The position numbers and the translations under genes are program-made. A DNA stretch of 62,083 bases, counting the filler, from Asterionella formosa (taxonomy: Eukaryota): NCBI GenBank assembly GCA_002256025.1. It is 28 parts of 28 records of this genome, joined end to end, with 100 filler letters (N's around TTAATTAATTAA, not from the genome) between each part and the next. Parts side by side here need not be neighbours in the genome. Positions count along the whole stretch, not along the records: positions 22,278 to 24,400 come from NKIB01000376.1; positions 24,501 to 26,621 come from NKIB01000378.1; positions 26,722 to 28,842 come from NKIB01000379.1; positions 28,943 to 31,061 come from NKIB01000380.1; positions 31,162 to 33,279 come from NKIB01000381.1; positions 33,380 to 35,497 come from NKIB01000382.1; 22 more parts are not named here. The stretch is one strand, 5' to 3'. The notes beneath the pieces were generated by a model. It saw only the letters and a program-made list of their open reading frames with translations, ran no database searches and was not told the origin of the DNA. Below, piece by piece: positions 22,278 through 35,437 of the stretch; the first letter of the stretch is position 1, and each line of letters opens with the position of its first letter.

Positions 22278-24400
22278 ATGGAATCCACAGACTGTCAACC
22301 TTTCCCTCATACAATCTGTGGAGGCGGAGGACATGATTGGCGTCGAGCCTTTCTTGTCCCAAATATCGTCCATCTACTGCTTTAAGGAGATGGCGGAGGC
22401 TCTAAGAGATGTTCGATACATTAAATTAACCCAAGTGGACGTACCGGCCACCAGGACTTTTGTCTCGTCAGACCGGCATGCTCAAGTGAATTATGAGACA
22501 CTCAGCAAAAGGTGGAATATCGGATTGACTCAAGCGAAACAGACCCTAGAGGTCACCACTCAGAAGGGCATTCGGTCAGCAATACTCCCATTGAGCAGGC
22601 GGTACCGAACAGATAGGATGTATGGCCAGCGGAAGTTACGGAACCAACGGTTCTACACTGACACCATTTTCGGGAAATGTAAATCACTGTCTAACAACAC
22701 ATGTGCTCAAATCTTTGCAAATGAAGCGTATTTCGTAAAAGCGTACCCGATGGAGAAGAAGTCTGGCGCGGGTTTGGCGCTCCGACAATTCATTCGTGAT
22801 TACGGAGCACCTGAGTACCTCATGTCTGACGGGGCGTCCGAACAGACTGGACCGAAAACGGAATTCATTAAGAACGTAAGGAAGTATGGGATAGAACATC
22901 ACGTGAGCGAAACTAAACAGCATCGACAGAATCGAGCGGAGTCAGTCATTCGTGAAGTGAAGAAGCGATGGTTTCGACAAATGATGAAGCGTCGGGTTCC
23001 GAAGCGTTTGTGGGATTACGGAATCGTGTGGGTATGTGAAACAATGTCTCTCACTGCTAACTCATCATTTGCGCTGGAAGGTTGGACTCCTATAGAACAA
23101 ATCACAGGCGAGACACCCGACATATCCGAATACTTGGATTTCGGGTTCTACGATTGGGTGTGGTACAAGGATAATGCAGGGGTTGGCGAAAACATGTTCG
23201 GGCGCTGGCTTGGTGTGTCTCACGGAGTCGGTAACCTAATGTCGTATTGGATTCTAACCATTGCTTGTCGCGTTATCTCACGCACTACAGTGCAGCGTAT
23301 CACTCACCTTGAACTGACAACTAGCGAGGTCAACGACAGATGCAAGGAGTACAATGAGAGGATAAAGGAAATAATGCGTGAAGACAACCACCAAAATGCA
23401 GGCGACGAGGAGGAGCGACAATTGCAGGATTGGGATGAATACTCGGATCTGCAGGACAACTCAGTATTTGGCGAAGAGATAAACAATGTTGTGAGCGATC
23501 ACCAAATACCAGATGCCGATGACACTTTCACGCCCGATATTTTCGAGGATACATACCTCAACAAAGAGATAGCGATAGCGAGGGGCGTTGGAGATGACAA
23601 CGACGGTGTTCAGTTTGGCAGAGTCACCAAGAGATTGCGCGACGCCGATGGTAGACCTATCGGCAAGGCTCACGAAAATCCTTTGCTTGACACCAGAGAG
23701 TATGAGGTCGAGTTCTTTGACGGACACTCAGAGGCATTGTCTTCTAACCTTATTGCTCAGAATTTGTTTTCACAGATAGACGAGGAGGGCGAACGACACG
23801 TACTTCTCGACGACATTATCGACCATAGGCGGAATGCGACGGCACTCGACAAAGAGGACGCGTTCATCACAATGTCTAACGGTGTCAAGCGGCGGAGACA
23901 GACGACTCAAGGGTGGCAACTCCTGTGCCAATGGAGGGACGGGAGTACCACTTGGGTCGCACTTAAGGATATGAAGCAATCGTACCCCATACAGGTGGTG
24001 GAGTACTCAATTGCTAATCGTATTGATGACGAGGCAGCGTTCGCGTGGTGGGTGCCGACTCTTCTAAAGAAACGGGACCGAGTCCTAGCAAAGGTAAAGT
24101 CTAAGTATTGGCAGCGAACTCACAAATACGGTATACGGATACCGAAGTCCGTCGAAGAGGCGTTAGCGATTGATAAAGCCAATGGCAACACATTATGGTG
24201 GGACGCCATCTGCAAGGAAATGAAAAACGTGCGACCGGCATTTGAAAAGTGGGAAAAGCGAGAGGGAGACCTTCCGCCAGGGTACCAAAAGATAAGGTGT
24301 CATTTCGTGTTCGACATCAAAATGGGCGAAAACTTTCGGCGTAAGGCGAGACTAGTTGCTGACGGCAGCCGGACGGAAACGCCCGCAGCCCTGACGTATT
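22278..24400 (+). mobile_element. CoDi-type copia pol fragment (integrase, chromo-like segment, RT start), uninterrupted
   Basis: FYTDT, SDGASEQ, QNRAESVIRE, GETPDISEY integrase motifs; IIDHR...GWQLLCQWRDGSTTW; WWDAICKEM...CHFVFDIK...RKARLVADG marks the RT start. Confidence 0.93.
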
Positions 24401-24500
24401 NNNNNNNNNNNNNNNNNNNNNNNNNNNNNNNNNNNNNNNNNNNNTTAATTAATTAANNNNNNNNNNNNNNNNNNNNNNNNNNNNNNNNNNNNNNNNNNNN

Positions 24501-25570
24501 CACATTGCGCCTTCGAAGGATGGAGTAGCTATGTTTAAGGTAATGAAGCCATCAATGTGGTACTTGGATGACAATCGTTGGGAGGCAGGACAACAACAAA
24601 TTGTAATCTAAACGCACATTTCCTTTTTTCTCAGTTGATTCAACAGCTCGTTTCGCTTGTTTGGGAGCACCAATGTAAAACAAAACAAAATTGGTAAGTG
24701 CTCTTGTCATTGGACTTATTCACTTCTGATGGAACATAACTGACAGACACCCCACTTTACCTTCTCTCAAAGTGAAGCTAACGAAAATGAATCGGTAAGT
24801 TTTATTCAGCAACATTGGAAACCTGAAACTTACTTATTCAAGAATTTACTGACAATTTACTATTACAGACTTATGCATCACTTACTTTGATTTGGCTGTG
24901 GTAAGTGAATCAAGCAAGAGGATACAATGGAATGGCGTGATGTTGTGTCAGTGTAACATGTCTAGCTAAGAAGTCGTTCCTTCTCATTATTACTGTAACT
25001 GCATAGGACAATAAAACCGATCAAACAACGGAATAGTCGGCGAGTTCAGAATGACACTAACAGCAGGGAGAGAGGCACAACATTAGTAAGGCATTGCTTG
25101 GCACAAGATTCAGAAAAGAGGAAGAAGAGGGTGAGACAGGAACAATATACATTGAGCTGAGTAGTGAGAGAAACTTTGGGTCGCTGGCATGTAGAATAAT
25201 AGATAGCATTGCTAAATTTGATAGTTAAATTACGATCCATTTCAATCTATTTTGAACAATGCTTGTGATTAGAATTATGATAATGTTTATGATAGATTTA
25301 CGATGAAACAATTTAAATGATAGCATAGAGTTGAGCTGATTTTAGGATGCGTTGTAGTAATAATTTACATCGGGCAATCACGAGAATTGAAAATAATATG
25401 AGAAGGTTTATGATGTTGATGAGTAAGGTTGTTGATCAGTTGATATACATTGTGTGATGATAATGTTCTTATTATCATTATACTTCAAGGTCAGTAAAAT
25501 ATTAATAAATCATCATAGCTATAGGATACCTTGATCATAGTAGTTTTGATCCAAAAATTATCATACGAAA
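24501..25570 (+). repeat. Dispersed AT-rich repeat family, copy C
   Basis: Collinear with 16610-17700. Confidence 0.88.
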
Positions 25571-26721
25571 ATCCTGTGCCACTTAGCGTACGATACCCTT
25601 GATCCTATATTCATGATACTTTTTATTTGCAGACGAAGGTGAATCGATGATGGTCTTGTAAATACAATAAGTAATTCATGGTCATGAGAAGAGCGGTTGA
25701 AATTCAAAGAGAAGTAGTGATTTCGACTTGAGTTGTTGTTACTCAATTGCTGTATTTGTGTGAATACTTTGTTGTAACCGTTATGAGTCAATATGGATCA
25801 ATATTAGAACAATATGATCAAATATTATAAGTGTAAACATGCTTATCAAATATTCATAAATAAAGTATGTACCTGTAACAAAATAACAAAATGCATATCA
25901 TGCACAGAAGAATTCTGTGCCAATTATTGTACAATACGCTTGATCTTATATGTATGATACTTTTTATTTGCAGACGCCCCCCCCCCCCCTTCCCCCTTTT
26001 ACAAGCAGCTTGTGCCGCCTTCCTCCCTAATGCTGCATGGCTAAGATGATCACCTTTCACGAAAGGTGGTTGTGGACTCACCTATCCTAACAAAACTAGG
26101 GAGGCACAGGTCTTGTTGTCGGCAGGTAGCACAATGAACTACTTGCCTTGAAAGAGGGGAGTACGAATGGGCTATAAAACATACTAACATTTTACAATAT
26201 ATGTTCTAAATAGTATAGAATTAATTGAACCTGACCTCGATTTTTTGACGCGTTTTTCGTAGAATCGCACCTCTATTGGAGTGTTTGCTCTGGACCTTCC
26301 TTTTTCGTTGACCCTTCATTACTGGTACCGGTAGTCAATACAGTATGCATAAGAAGAATGATATATATAGAAGGATTAAAATTGGCAACTACATTTGAAA
26401 AAAGTTTTTCAACTTTTTTCGATTTTCACTCATGGCTATCTCGAGCAAAATGCAGATGCATGAGGACCCATTTTTCTTCGAACCATCTATTCTTAACATA
26501 TGTACAAAGTACGATATAAAGTAGAACAATGGCAACTTGCATTCAATTATGGAATCCGCAACCCCGAAAGTGGCGATGATGGAAAGGAAGAATACAAGGG
26601 CATGCTCGTTTTGAGGATTGCNNNNNNNNNNNNNNNNNNNNNNNNNNNNNNNNNNNNNNNNNNNNTTAATTAATTAANNNNNNNNNNNNNNNNNNNNNNN
26701 NNNNNNNNNNNNNNNNNNNNN

Positions 26722-28842
26722 TGCCACCATTAGCAACAAATCCCAGATGCAAAAAGCATTGAGTGAAGCAACAGATGAGTACATGAATAAAATGCTAGAC
26801 AGCAAAAATAACAGCAAACGTACCTCCAAAGGAACAATTTCTTTGATCATTGATGCTGCCAAGGAAAGGAATGGAATACCTGCTAATGTGAAGGTTAGTT
26901 TTGAAACAGTCAGAAGCAGAGCAGCAATCAAAATAAAGAAGAGAGGTGAGGTTCAGAATGGTCAGCATCATATAAGCAAACATGGAAATCAATCACCAAT
27001 GAACGAGATTGAACCTTACCTTGTTGGACTCATTCAACATAACTTGCAAAAATGAGGGTCCCAATCTCTGTTTCTGAAGGACTGATGCTTGCCAACTCTT
27101 TGATTGCTGGTACTGAAACTATGGCAAAGGTGAACAATTGGTGAGAAACAAATTGCATTCCATTCCAAATCAACAAAAAGCCTGAACTTGGGAAATCCTA
27201 TTGGAAAGGATTTATGAAAAGAAATGCACAGTTAGTTACAGCAAAGAAGGGAGTAAAGTTTGAGAGCAAACGTGCAGATTGGTGTACGTACCAGTCCTTC
27301 TTGTCAATGTATAAAGACGTCTATAAAGAAATGGTGGCTGGAGGAGTTGCAAGACGAAACCCAAGCAAACAATGGTACTCAAAAGAGGGGTTAGTAGTTG
27401 AGGAGCAGGAAGCGTTTGGGTTAGCAAGTGAATATGAGCTAATCAGACCTGACCGTCTCCTCTTTGTGGACGAAGTTGGTTCCAATACATCCCAAACAAA
27501 AGATGGCAACGTTGGTGACGAAAAATTTCTTTGCATTGCAGGTGGCCGTCCTCAAATCCGGGCCTCGACCAAAGATGCACACTTTACTGTCCTAGGATTC
27601 ACTGCAGCCAATGGTCAACCAATCATGTGCGCAATTATTTTTGCCGCAAAAGCCCTGGAAGACGAATGGGTGCTTGGCCTAGATCCGTTTGCTGCTTAGG
27701 AAGGAGAAGATGAAAACATACATGGCAACAGCGGAAAGGGAAAACGATATCCACAAGGACCAGTCTATGATGTGGAAGGGAAACAGTTGCCTACATACTG
27801 CTGTGTGTCGGAAAACGGCTCAATCACTGCAGAGCTTCTGGTTGGCATGCTAAAGCACATGGATGACTCTGGCATCTTTCCTCGAAACAACGGGCCCCCA
27901 CCATTCCTAATACTTGATGGACATGGGTCTCGATTTGACATTTTGTTCCTTGAATACATAAACAACCCAGTACACAATTGGACAGTCTGTATTGGTGTTC
28001 CTTATGGTACAAGCTACTGGCAGGTTGGAGACAGTAGTGAGCAAAACGGTTGTTTCAAAATGAACATCACAAAAGCAAAACGCAAATTGCTCACCTTAAA
28101 AGCAGATCACAGGCAAGAGCTTACAATTAACAAGGTCGACATTGTTGGACTGGTGAATACGGCATGGGACAATTCCTTTGCAAATATTGCCACAAACAAG
28201 AAAGCAATTTATGAACGAGGATGGTATCCCCTGAACTATAATGTCTTGCTTCACCCTGAAATTCAACTAACCCAACCACAACAGAACATCAATGCGCCCA
28301 CAGAGACTGCCACTCTCCCTCCTGATGAGTTAAACCTCCAAACTGGCTTTGCTGGAACAATTGTTGGAAGAATTAACGATTTTTGCAAACGCGAGGATGT
28401 GCGAAATGGAATCGACCGGGAGGCCCAAGCTAGAAAGAGAAAGGAGACAGCGGATTCACACATTGAGGGACACAAGAAGAGGATAACAGCAGGACTACTG
28501 GCCTCTGCACAAACCTTTGCTCTTGGGCCAAATATTCTTGCTGCTACACTGGAACGGAAGCGAATTTCAGACATTGTCATTAGTACAAAAGAAACAAAAA
28601 GGCAACAAGAATTCAATACACTTCGCGGAAAAGTACTTACATTGAAGGAACAGAACAAAACAAAAGAACAGATGTCTGTGCCAGAATTGAAATTAATGGT
28701 GCGTTGGTACAAACGATCAGGTGATTTGCCGGTTCCACAAACAAGGCAAGCTCTGATTACAAGATTCGACGACACCAATCACCGTGGTGACCAGCAGCCG
28801 CCATTCCCTCTCCATGCACCTCCTATTGCTGTGGTTGTTGTT
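26722..28842 (+). pseudogene. pogo/Tc5-like (DDE_1) DNA transposase with frameshift and stops
   Basis: LFVDEVG, HFTVLGFTAANGQPIMCAIIFA, ENGSITAELL, FLILDGHGSRF and PYGTSYWQVGDSSEQNGCFK motifs split across several ORFs. Confidence 0.85.
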
Positions 28843-29011
28843 NNNNNNNNNNNNNNNNNNNNNNNNNNNNNNNNNNNNNNNNNNNNTTAATTAATTAANN
28901 NNNNNNNNNNNNNNNNNNNNNNNNNNNNNNNNNNNNNNNNNNGCAATCTATTTTCTTCAGCAGCAGTTTGTGCTGAAAGTCGAATGAATAGCTCAAGAGA
29001 GGAATTGTGGA

Positions 29012-30054
29012 CTAGACTATCAGAAGTTGCTGATACACTGCTGTGTGATTTGGGTGGGCTATCTTTCCATCTTTGTAAAGAATGAGTCTCAAACCAGGTT
29101 TTCTTAACCATAGAAAATATCCCAAAGCAGTTCGGGATGTTGTAGGAGCTGAACTCGGGAATGGACTTGGATGTTCATCTACAAACTCATTTCTCAACGA
29201 GCTGGCTGTGCTTGTATCTATCGCAATGGAGTCGGGATTATTTCCTTAAATGTCTCGGGCGTTGAGGAACTCTGATGGAGTCTTTTGGAAAATTGTGTAA
29301 ATATCTGGAGGGGCGTCAAATGTGAACGTTCCATTGCTGTCTGTCACAGTGGTCATTGCAACGGTTACATTTGGATACTTAAGCTCAATGGACACACTTC
29401 TGATAGGAATGTCCCCGCTATCATTGTTATCAATATCTTCGAGTACCTGCCTGGCAATGGTGCGTAGTTGTAGCAATGACATTGCTGGTATGGTCATATA
29501 GCGTCACAAGCACTCCGACTAAGTTGGTATCACCACTGTCATTGTTGTCTGTATCTTCCTTGACACAGCCGGAAATTGAGCCAAGTTTCTGTGCACTAGG
29601 AGCAGGACTGATGACGGGCTGAAGACCTGGACGTTTGTCTACAAACTCATTGTTAAACGAGCTGCCGGATCTAATGTCAATGTCGATTGAATTGACATCA
29701 CTACCGACATTGTCCCAACGTTGACGAATCCTGTCGTCGGGGTCTTCTGATCAATTGTGTATACACCTGGAGGGGCGTAAAAATGAACTTTCCAGCACAG
29801 TCCTTTAACGTCGTCATTGCAGGGTTGTTGTGCTGTTGACTTCTTTGTGGCTTCATCATTGGACTTAGAGTGTCATTCAGGTTGCGCTTTGCTGATTGCA
29901 GTTCATGCTCATCCAACCTTCCCAAAGATTGACCCTGAGTTGACACAACATCCCCCAAAGATTGACCCTGAGTTGACACAACATCGTTGGGATGTACCGT
30001 CGCTTTCCCTCTGTTGCTCTTTTTATGGAAACCAGAGAAGATGATAAGGTCCAC
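29012..30054 (-). pseudogene. Disrupted gene with SdrD B-like/Cna-B-type repeats
   Basis: Repeated segments such as VLEDIDNNDSGDIPIRSVSIEL...TTVTDSNGTFTF and N(E)FVDE..PS.AP, interrupted by stops and frameshifts. Confidence 0.5.
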
Positions 30055-31161
30055 AATAATCTCGCCTTGACATCATGTATACTGAGCGAAGGTCGATGGG
30101 TGATCATTCAAGTGCGCAAATGCGCTCTGTATCATCGAATTACAGCGCCGTAGAACGCCGACAGCTTTGGTTGAGGCATCAGAGTGCGTTGATTCGAACA
30201 AAATAATGTGCATGTGTATGAGTAGCAGCCGTCACGGCAGTGTCAACGAGCCAACTGATTTCCGTGTAGCAAAAAATATTGGTGGTTTGTATGAAGGCTA
30301 TGTAGGCTAGGGTTTCAGGGTTCATAAAAAGAGGGGGACGAAATATCGAAATAGGGGGACGAAATATCTTTTTCCTATATATATAAAAGAAATAGAAATG
30401 TTATAATATGTGCCGGAGTAGTAAGACACGACCGAGGGTGGAGACTGCCTGCGAGTATACTTGTGTTCGAGGCAATTCACAAACTAACTGAGCATAGCTA
30501 TCGGCGGGATTTTCGACACTACATCACCCTTTCTGTGAAGGTTGCTGCATTTGAACCCCTAGGCAAAAATTAAAATATTGCTTAGGGTTGCGAAAATTCC
30601 CTGGAATTAAGAATTTAATTAGCTATTTTTGAATGACGTGATTCCATTTGAAATATTTGAATCAGTGGAAATTTGCGAATACGTACATAGATTCCTTGTC
30701 AAAATCGCTAAATATATATATTGACACTCTCAGTCGCTGTATGTATATATATGCTAAAAATACGATCAACAAGTATGCATGGACACTCTATACTCCGATT
30801 AACGATTTTATATGCTATGCATTGAATCCGTTCGACATATTCAAATCGTTTAATATACACATATATAAATAAATATATATATTTAGGTTCTACATCGCTT
30901 CATGTGCATACACAAGTACTACAATGTATACTCGTATCGACGAATATGGGTCATGTATACGACCCGGCGGCTCGGCAAATATTTGAAAGTGCACCCAAGG
31001 AGCGGTACGCGTACCGGTATGTCCAATGATGATCATCTACTGGTACCCGTCGTGAATATAGNNNNNNNNNNNNNNNNNNNNNNNNNNNNNNNNNNNNNNN
31101 NNNNNTTAATTAATTAANNNNNNNNNNNNNNNNNNNNNNNNNNNNNNNNNNNNNNNNNNNN

Positions 31162-33279
31162 TTCTTGTGTAGACTAGCTACATTTGATCATTTCCATATT
31201 TCATACTGCTATACAGGTGCATGGATGACTCCTCCCGCCCTTTCATTAGATATGCAGCCATGTTGCGAGATTTCTACAGGACCTATAGGATTGGTAGTCT
31301 GTTGGTCATCATTTCCGCATTGTATATAGCAGTAGGAGTCATGTATGCATGCATGCTGCGATAATTCTTACAAGACATAAAAATTTGGTAGCTTGGGGGT
31401 TATCACTTCCGTACTGTATACAGGGGGGAAGGGGTTGCATGCATGAGCAACTACTCCGGTATAAACTATGATCTTTAATCAATTAATTTTGATTCATTTA
31501 TCCTATACCTTTGATCATAACATATTGATCATATGATAAACGGTGTCGTTGATGAGAAAATGAACAATCAAAATTTATTTTCAAGAATCAGGATTAATTG
31601 ATCTTAAAAATATGATCAAATGATCCTAAAAACATGAGCATATTCAGTTTTCCACTGCACTATTGTGGTATTTCCATGATGGAATTAATTACCAGCAATT
31701 ATACAGTACTACCGGTAGGCCATATGAATTTTGGTCAATATGTCTATATTCATAAATGTATGATTTTGACCATTTGAAAAATTGGTGATGACTCCCGTTT
31801 ATTAAGGGGCTAAATTAAATCAGCCACTGACTTGTAGGTACAAGAATTGACACAAAAAAAACAGGTCGTGGAAAACTATGAAGTCATCATGAATTGTATA
31901 TATTTGAACTATGTATAATCAAAATTGATATTAGTATACACAGGTTGTGCCGTATAATGAGCATGTTTAAAACTATGCAAATGTTTAACTATGTATACAT
32001 TTAAACTTCTTACAAATCTTTATATATATGTATTCATGGCTGAAACATTTGAAATTATGTTTTCATGTTCCTTGTCATGCACACACTTTGCTCCTGAAAT
32101 GAAGGATCATCACACATGATGACGCGGAAAACGAAAGTGATAATAAAGCACAATGATACTTGCGGCTTAGAAGAGAAGGGCGGAATCAATTGATGGTAAG
32201 TCAAGAGCAAATGCCTTTCATGTTCCTTGTCATGCTGCATCCACTTCCTCAAATGAAGGATCTCAAGCAACACATGACGCGAAAAACTGAAGTGACAATA
32301 CAGCACGATAAGAATGAGTGAATATGATGGAAAAGGGCGGAATCAGTTTTGTCAAGAGCAAATGCCAAGATGATCAATTGCTGGGATTACAAATACGGAA
32401 TGACTCGTCCCCTTTCAGTGATTCAATAGCTCCTTTTCGATTTGGTGGCTGGCCAACCATCAATGTGGACAAAAGAAATTGGTAAGTGCTGCCTATCAGC
32501 CATCTTTGGATCAATCTACAACTGTTAGAATAACTGACACATATGTGTTGCTTCTTTCAGGATAATGGTAGACAAACAGTATTTGTAAGTTACAAAGAGC
32601 AGCGTTGGAGCCCATTTATTGATCGATACCTTGTTTCTCATTCAATCTTCGACTGACACATCCTTCTACAGAAATATACATCAGTTACTTCCTTAATTTG
32701 TGGTAAGTGAAGCAAGATAGAAGCGAAATGAATGTTGTTGTGTAAGCAAAACATGAACAGCTAACAATGAATTGCTTCTCTTTGTTAGTATGGCTGATTG
32801 GAACAACAAAACGGATTCAATAGTGCGTGAATGAAAACTCAGATCCGTCAGGAGTAAATGGAACAAAGCAGGGGAACAACGGCAAGGAAACCAGTACAAC
32901 AACCTTAAGAATTGGATTGGGGGGAAGGTGGAAGTGAAAGCGGCACCAACAATCATTGCGATGAGAGCATTGTAGAACATTCTGTAGCCACTTAAGATAT
33001 AGAATCATAGAACCATTCTTAGCTAAATATAAATCTAAATTTCGATCAATTTCATCCTATTTTAGACAGTGATATCGATGAGAATTACTACGATCATGCT
33101 AAGATAGATGTATGACAAAAGTATACACATCATATGACCATGTTTAACTAATTATATGATGCAATGGTATTATAACTATGATAGTCTCATCATACTTCAA
33201 GCTCGGTAAAAGTTTACTGCATGATCATAATTATATGATACATTGATCATATTTTTGATCGAAAAACTATCATATATGT
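31162..33279 (+). repeat. Diverged member of the AT-rich repeat family; 31162-31806 also matches 37066-37712
   Basis: Shared blocks (AATTGGTAAGTGCT, ATTTGTGGTAAGTGAAGCAAGA, ATACTTCAAG..CGGTAAAA, TTGATCATATTTTTGATC) occur in the same order as copies A-C. Confidence 0.75.
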
Positions 33280-33381
33280 NNNNNNNNNNNNNNNNNNNNN
33301 NNNNNNNNNNNNNNNNNNNNNNNTTAATTAATTAANNNNNNNNNNNNNNNNNNNNNNNNNNNNNNNNNNNNNNNNNNNNTA

Positions 33382-34150
33382 TCAAAAGATCGTCCATACC
33401 TTAGAGCTGATGGCATTAGAGTTACAAAGAAAAGATGCACATTTTTCCATTCCTGTAAAAGTCCCTTTGTAATTCGGGAATTATTCCATACCAAAACAAA
33501 TTTGACCACAATTGAGATTGGTGACTTAAAACACACACAACATAATGTTGTCAAGGATGGCATAAGAAAACGTATTCACAAATACTAGCTATCAGTCTGT
33601 GTTAATTGCTTCCCTGAATAAATTGACCATGTTACATTGCTGAGGCTAGGGCAAAAGGAATTCCTGTTGATGAAAAATTGAAAAAGTACATGAAATAACA
33701 ACTCACTCGGTTACGCAATAAATCGGTTGGGCTAATAAATGGTCAAGGCAATAACTGGGGAGGAATCGCTGCTGTCCTTGAATCATATAAGAAGTAAAAT
33801 ATCTTTAATTTCACGCAACATTCGATGTACCTACTTGGCATAGACTGTCGACCAGAAGATGACTCTTTGGTAGCTAGCTGTACTAACATCCGAGAATTTG
33901 TTGCTGAATGCGTGCAGACAGCAATTCTGGGCAATCCAATCTTCTTTGCTGCTGATGCATCTTACAGACTGACACAAGAAGGAAACGGCGTTTTTCCAGT
34001 TACTACAACCAACTTGGCTTAACAAACAAAAACGATTGCATGTGGAGTGATAAACCATGAACTCCACAAAGCGCAATGATTCATATTTTTGTTGATTAAG
34101 TCTGCCTTGGAAGAGCTCGTTAGATATAGGAAGACTAATATAATGATATC
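33382..34150 (+). pseudogene. MULE (Mutator-like) transposase N-terminal half
   Basis: Manual translation gives a WRKY/FAR1-like Zn segment CTFFHSC...IEIGDLKHTQH, then FFAADASYRL...FPVTTTNLA*QTKTIACGVINHE (first catalytic D). Contains stops. Confidence 0.65.
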
Positions 34151-34259
34151 TATTATAATCAGCACTACTACTAGTGCTTTTCTAAATTTATCATCCTTTA
34201 ATATCTAGGTTACCTCCACATTATCATCCTTTAATATCTAAGTTACCTCCACGTTTCAC

Positions 34260-35437
34260 ATTTTTGATTCGTCCAGAACCTTTATTCTTAATACTAGGCT
34301 TTAGATGCATTGTCTTTGGAAAGGTAGAAATAATTCCACGGTCACATGCAAAAGCACATGCATGTTTAAATCACGCGTTTGCTAAATACGATGTGTGACA
34401 ATGGCAAGATATGAGGCCTTCATTGCCCATTGCTTTCAAGCAATTAATCGAAATGGGTCCCAATCCACACGCTCCCAAATTTTCTAAAACGTTAATTAAA
34501 GCATCGTTTTCATTCTTGGAAACAATAGGTTCAATAAGGTGAAACCTGTGGGTGAGGGAAAGGACATCATCAAATGTGTGGTTAGCAGAATAATGTTCAG
34601 GATTTCGGAGAAGGCACTTGTACTCATCATGGATTTTGTTCTTCTTTATCAATTGCATAACAGTTAGTGCAGTAACTGATTCTGTGTTCCCGATATTAAG
34701 ATATCGCTTTCGAGATTGGGATAGTTGACTGTGCTGTGATGAATGAAGTTAGTCGTTAAAGGCTTCCTGTGGTCGAAGAATGGTTTATCACCACTGTTGA
34801 TGCCCTCTGAATTGTTGTTGTGTGCAAGCGAACCACCACGAAGTAGATTGTAAGTGTTCAATTCAATTCTGCTGTGAATGGTGGGACCCCATTGTTTCAA
34901 CCATGCAGTTGCAACTTTCTAAAATTTGTTTGTGTTGATCCACTTGAAAATCATCGAATCGCGGAGGATTGGAACTAGCTGTATCAAGGGACTTCTTTTA
35001 TACGCCTCGAAGTCTTTACCCATTCTCTTCTTGAATTTGTCATATTTCTTGAACTTTCCTCTATGCTTCTTTACCCATGCATTCCAGGCTTGATAAGAGC
35101 ACATACCAAATGTAAATTTGGCATTTGGCCAAATCTTCTTGACAGCCTTGTGACAAGCTAAAGTATAATCAGTCATCATCTGTAGTATGACAAAGTCTGG
35201 TGAGTCCGGTTCCCAGCACCAAAGAGTGTCGCCAAGGGGAAGAGGAAAATTGTCAGTGCATTCTGGAGTGTTGCCTGCAGGTGACAATGGCAGGATCGAA
35301 AAGTTAATGGGATCTACCCCTTTCTCCCCAGAAGAGGAAGCACTATCATCTGACGAACTATCTCCTGAAATCTGCAAGATGCTATCATCTTCCTCAGAGG
35401 AGGATGAATTGTGAGATGAGTTGGAAGAACTAGACAT
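34260..35437 (-). pseudogene. MULE transposase C-terminal half with SWIM-like finger
   Basis: MMTDYTLACHKAVKKIWPNAK...C (second D), NNNSEGIN (catalytic E), CHCH...*FKHA (SWIM-like). Contains stops. Confidence 0.65.
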
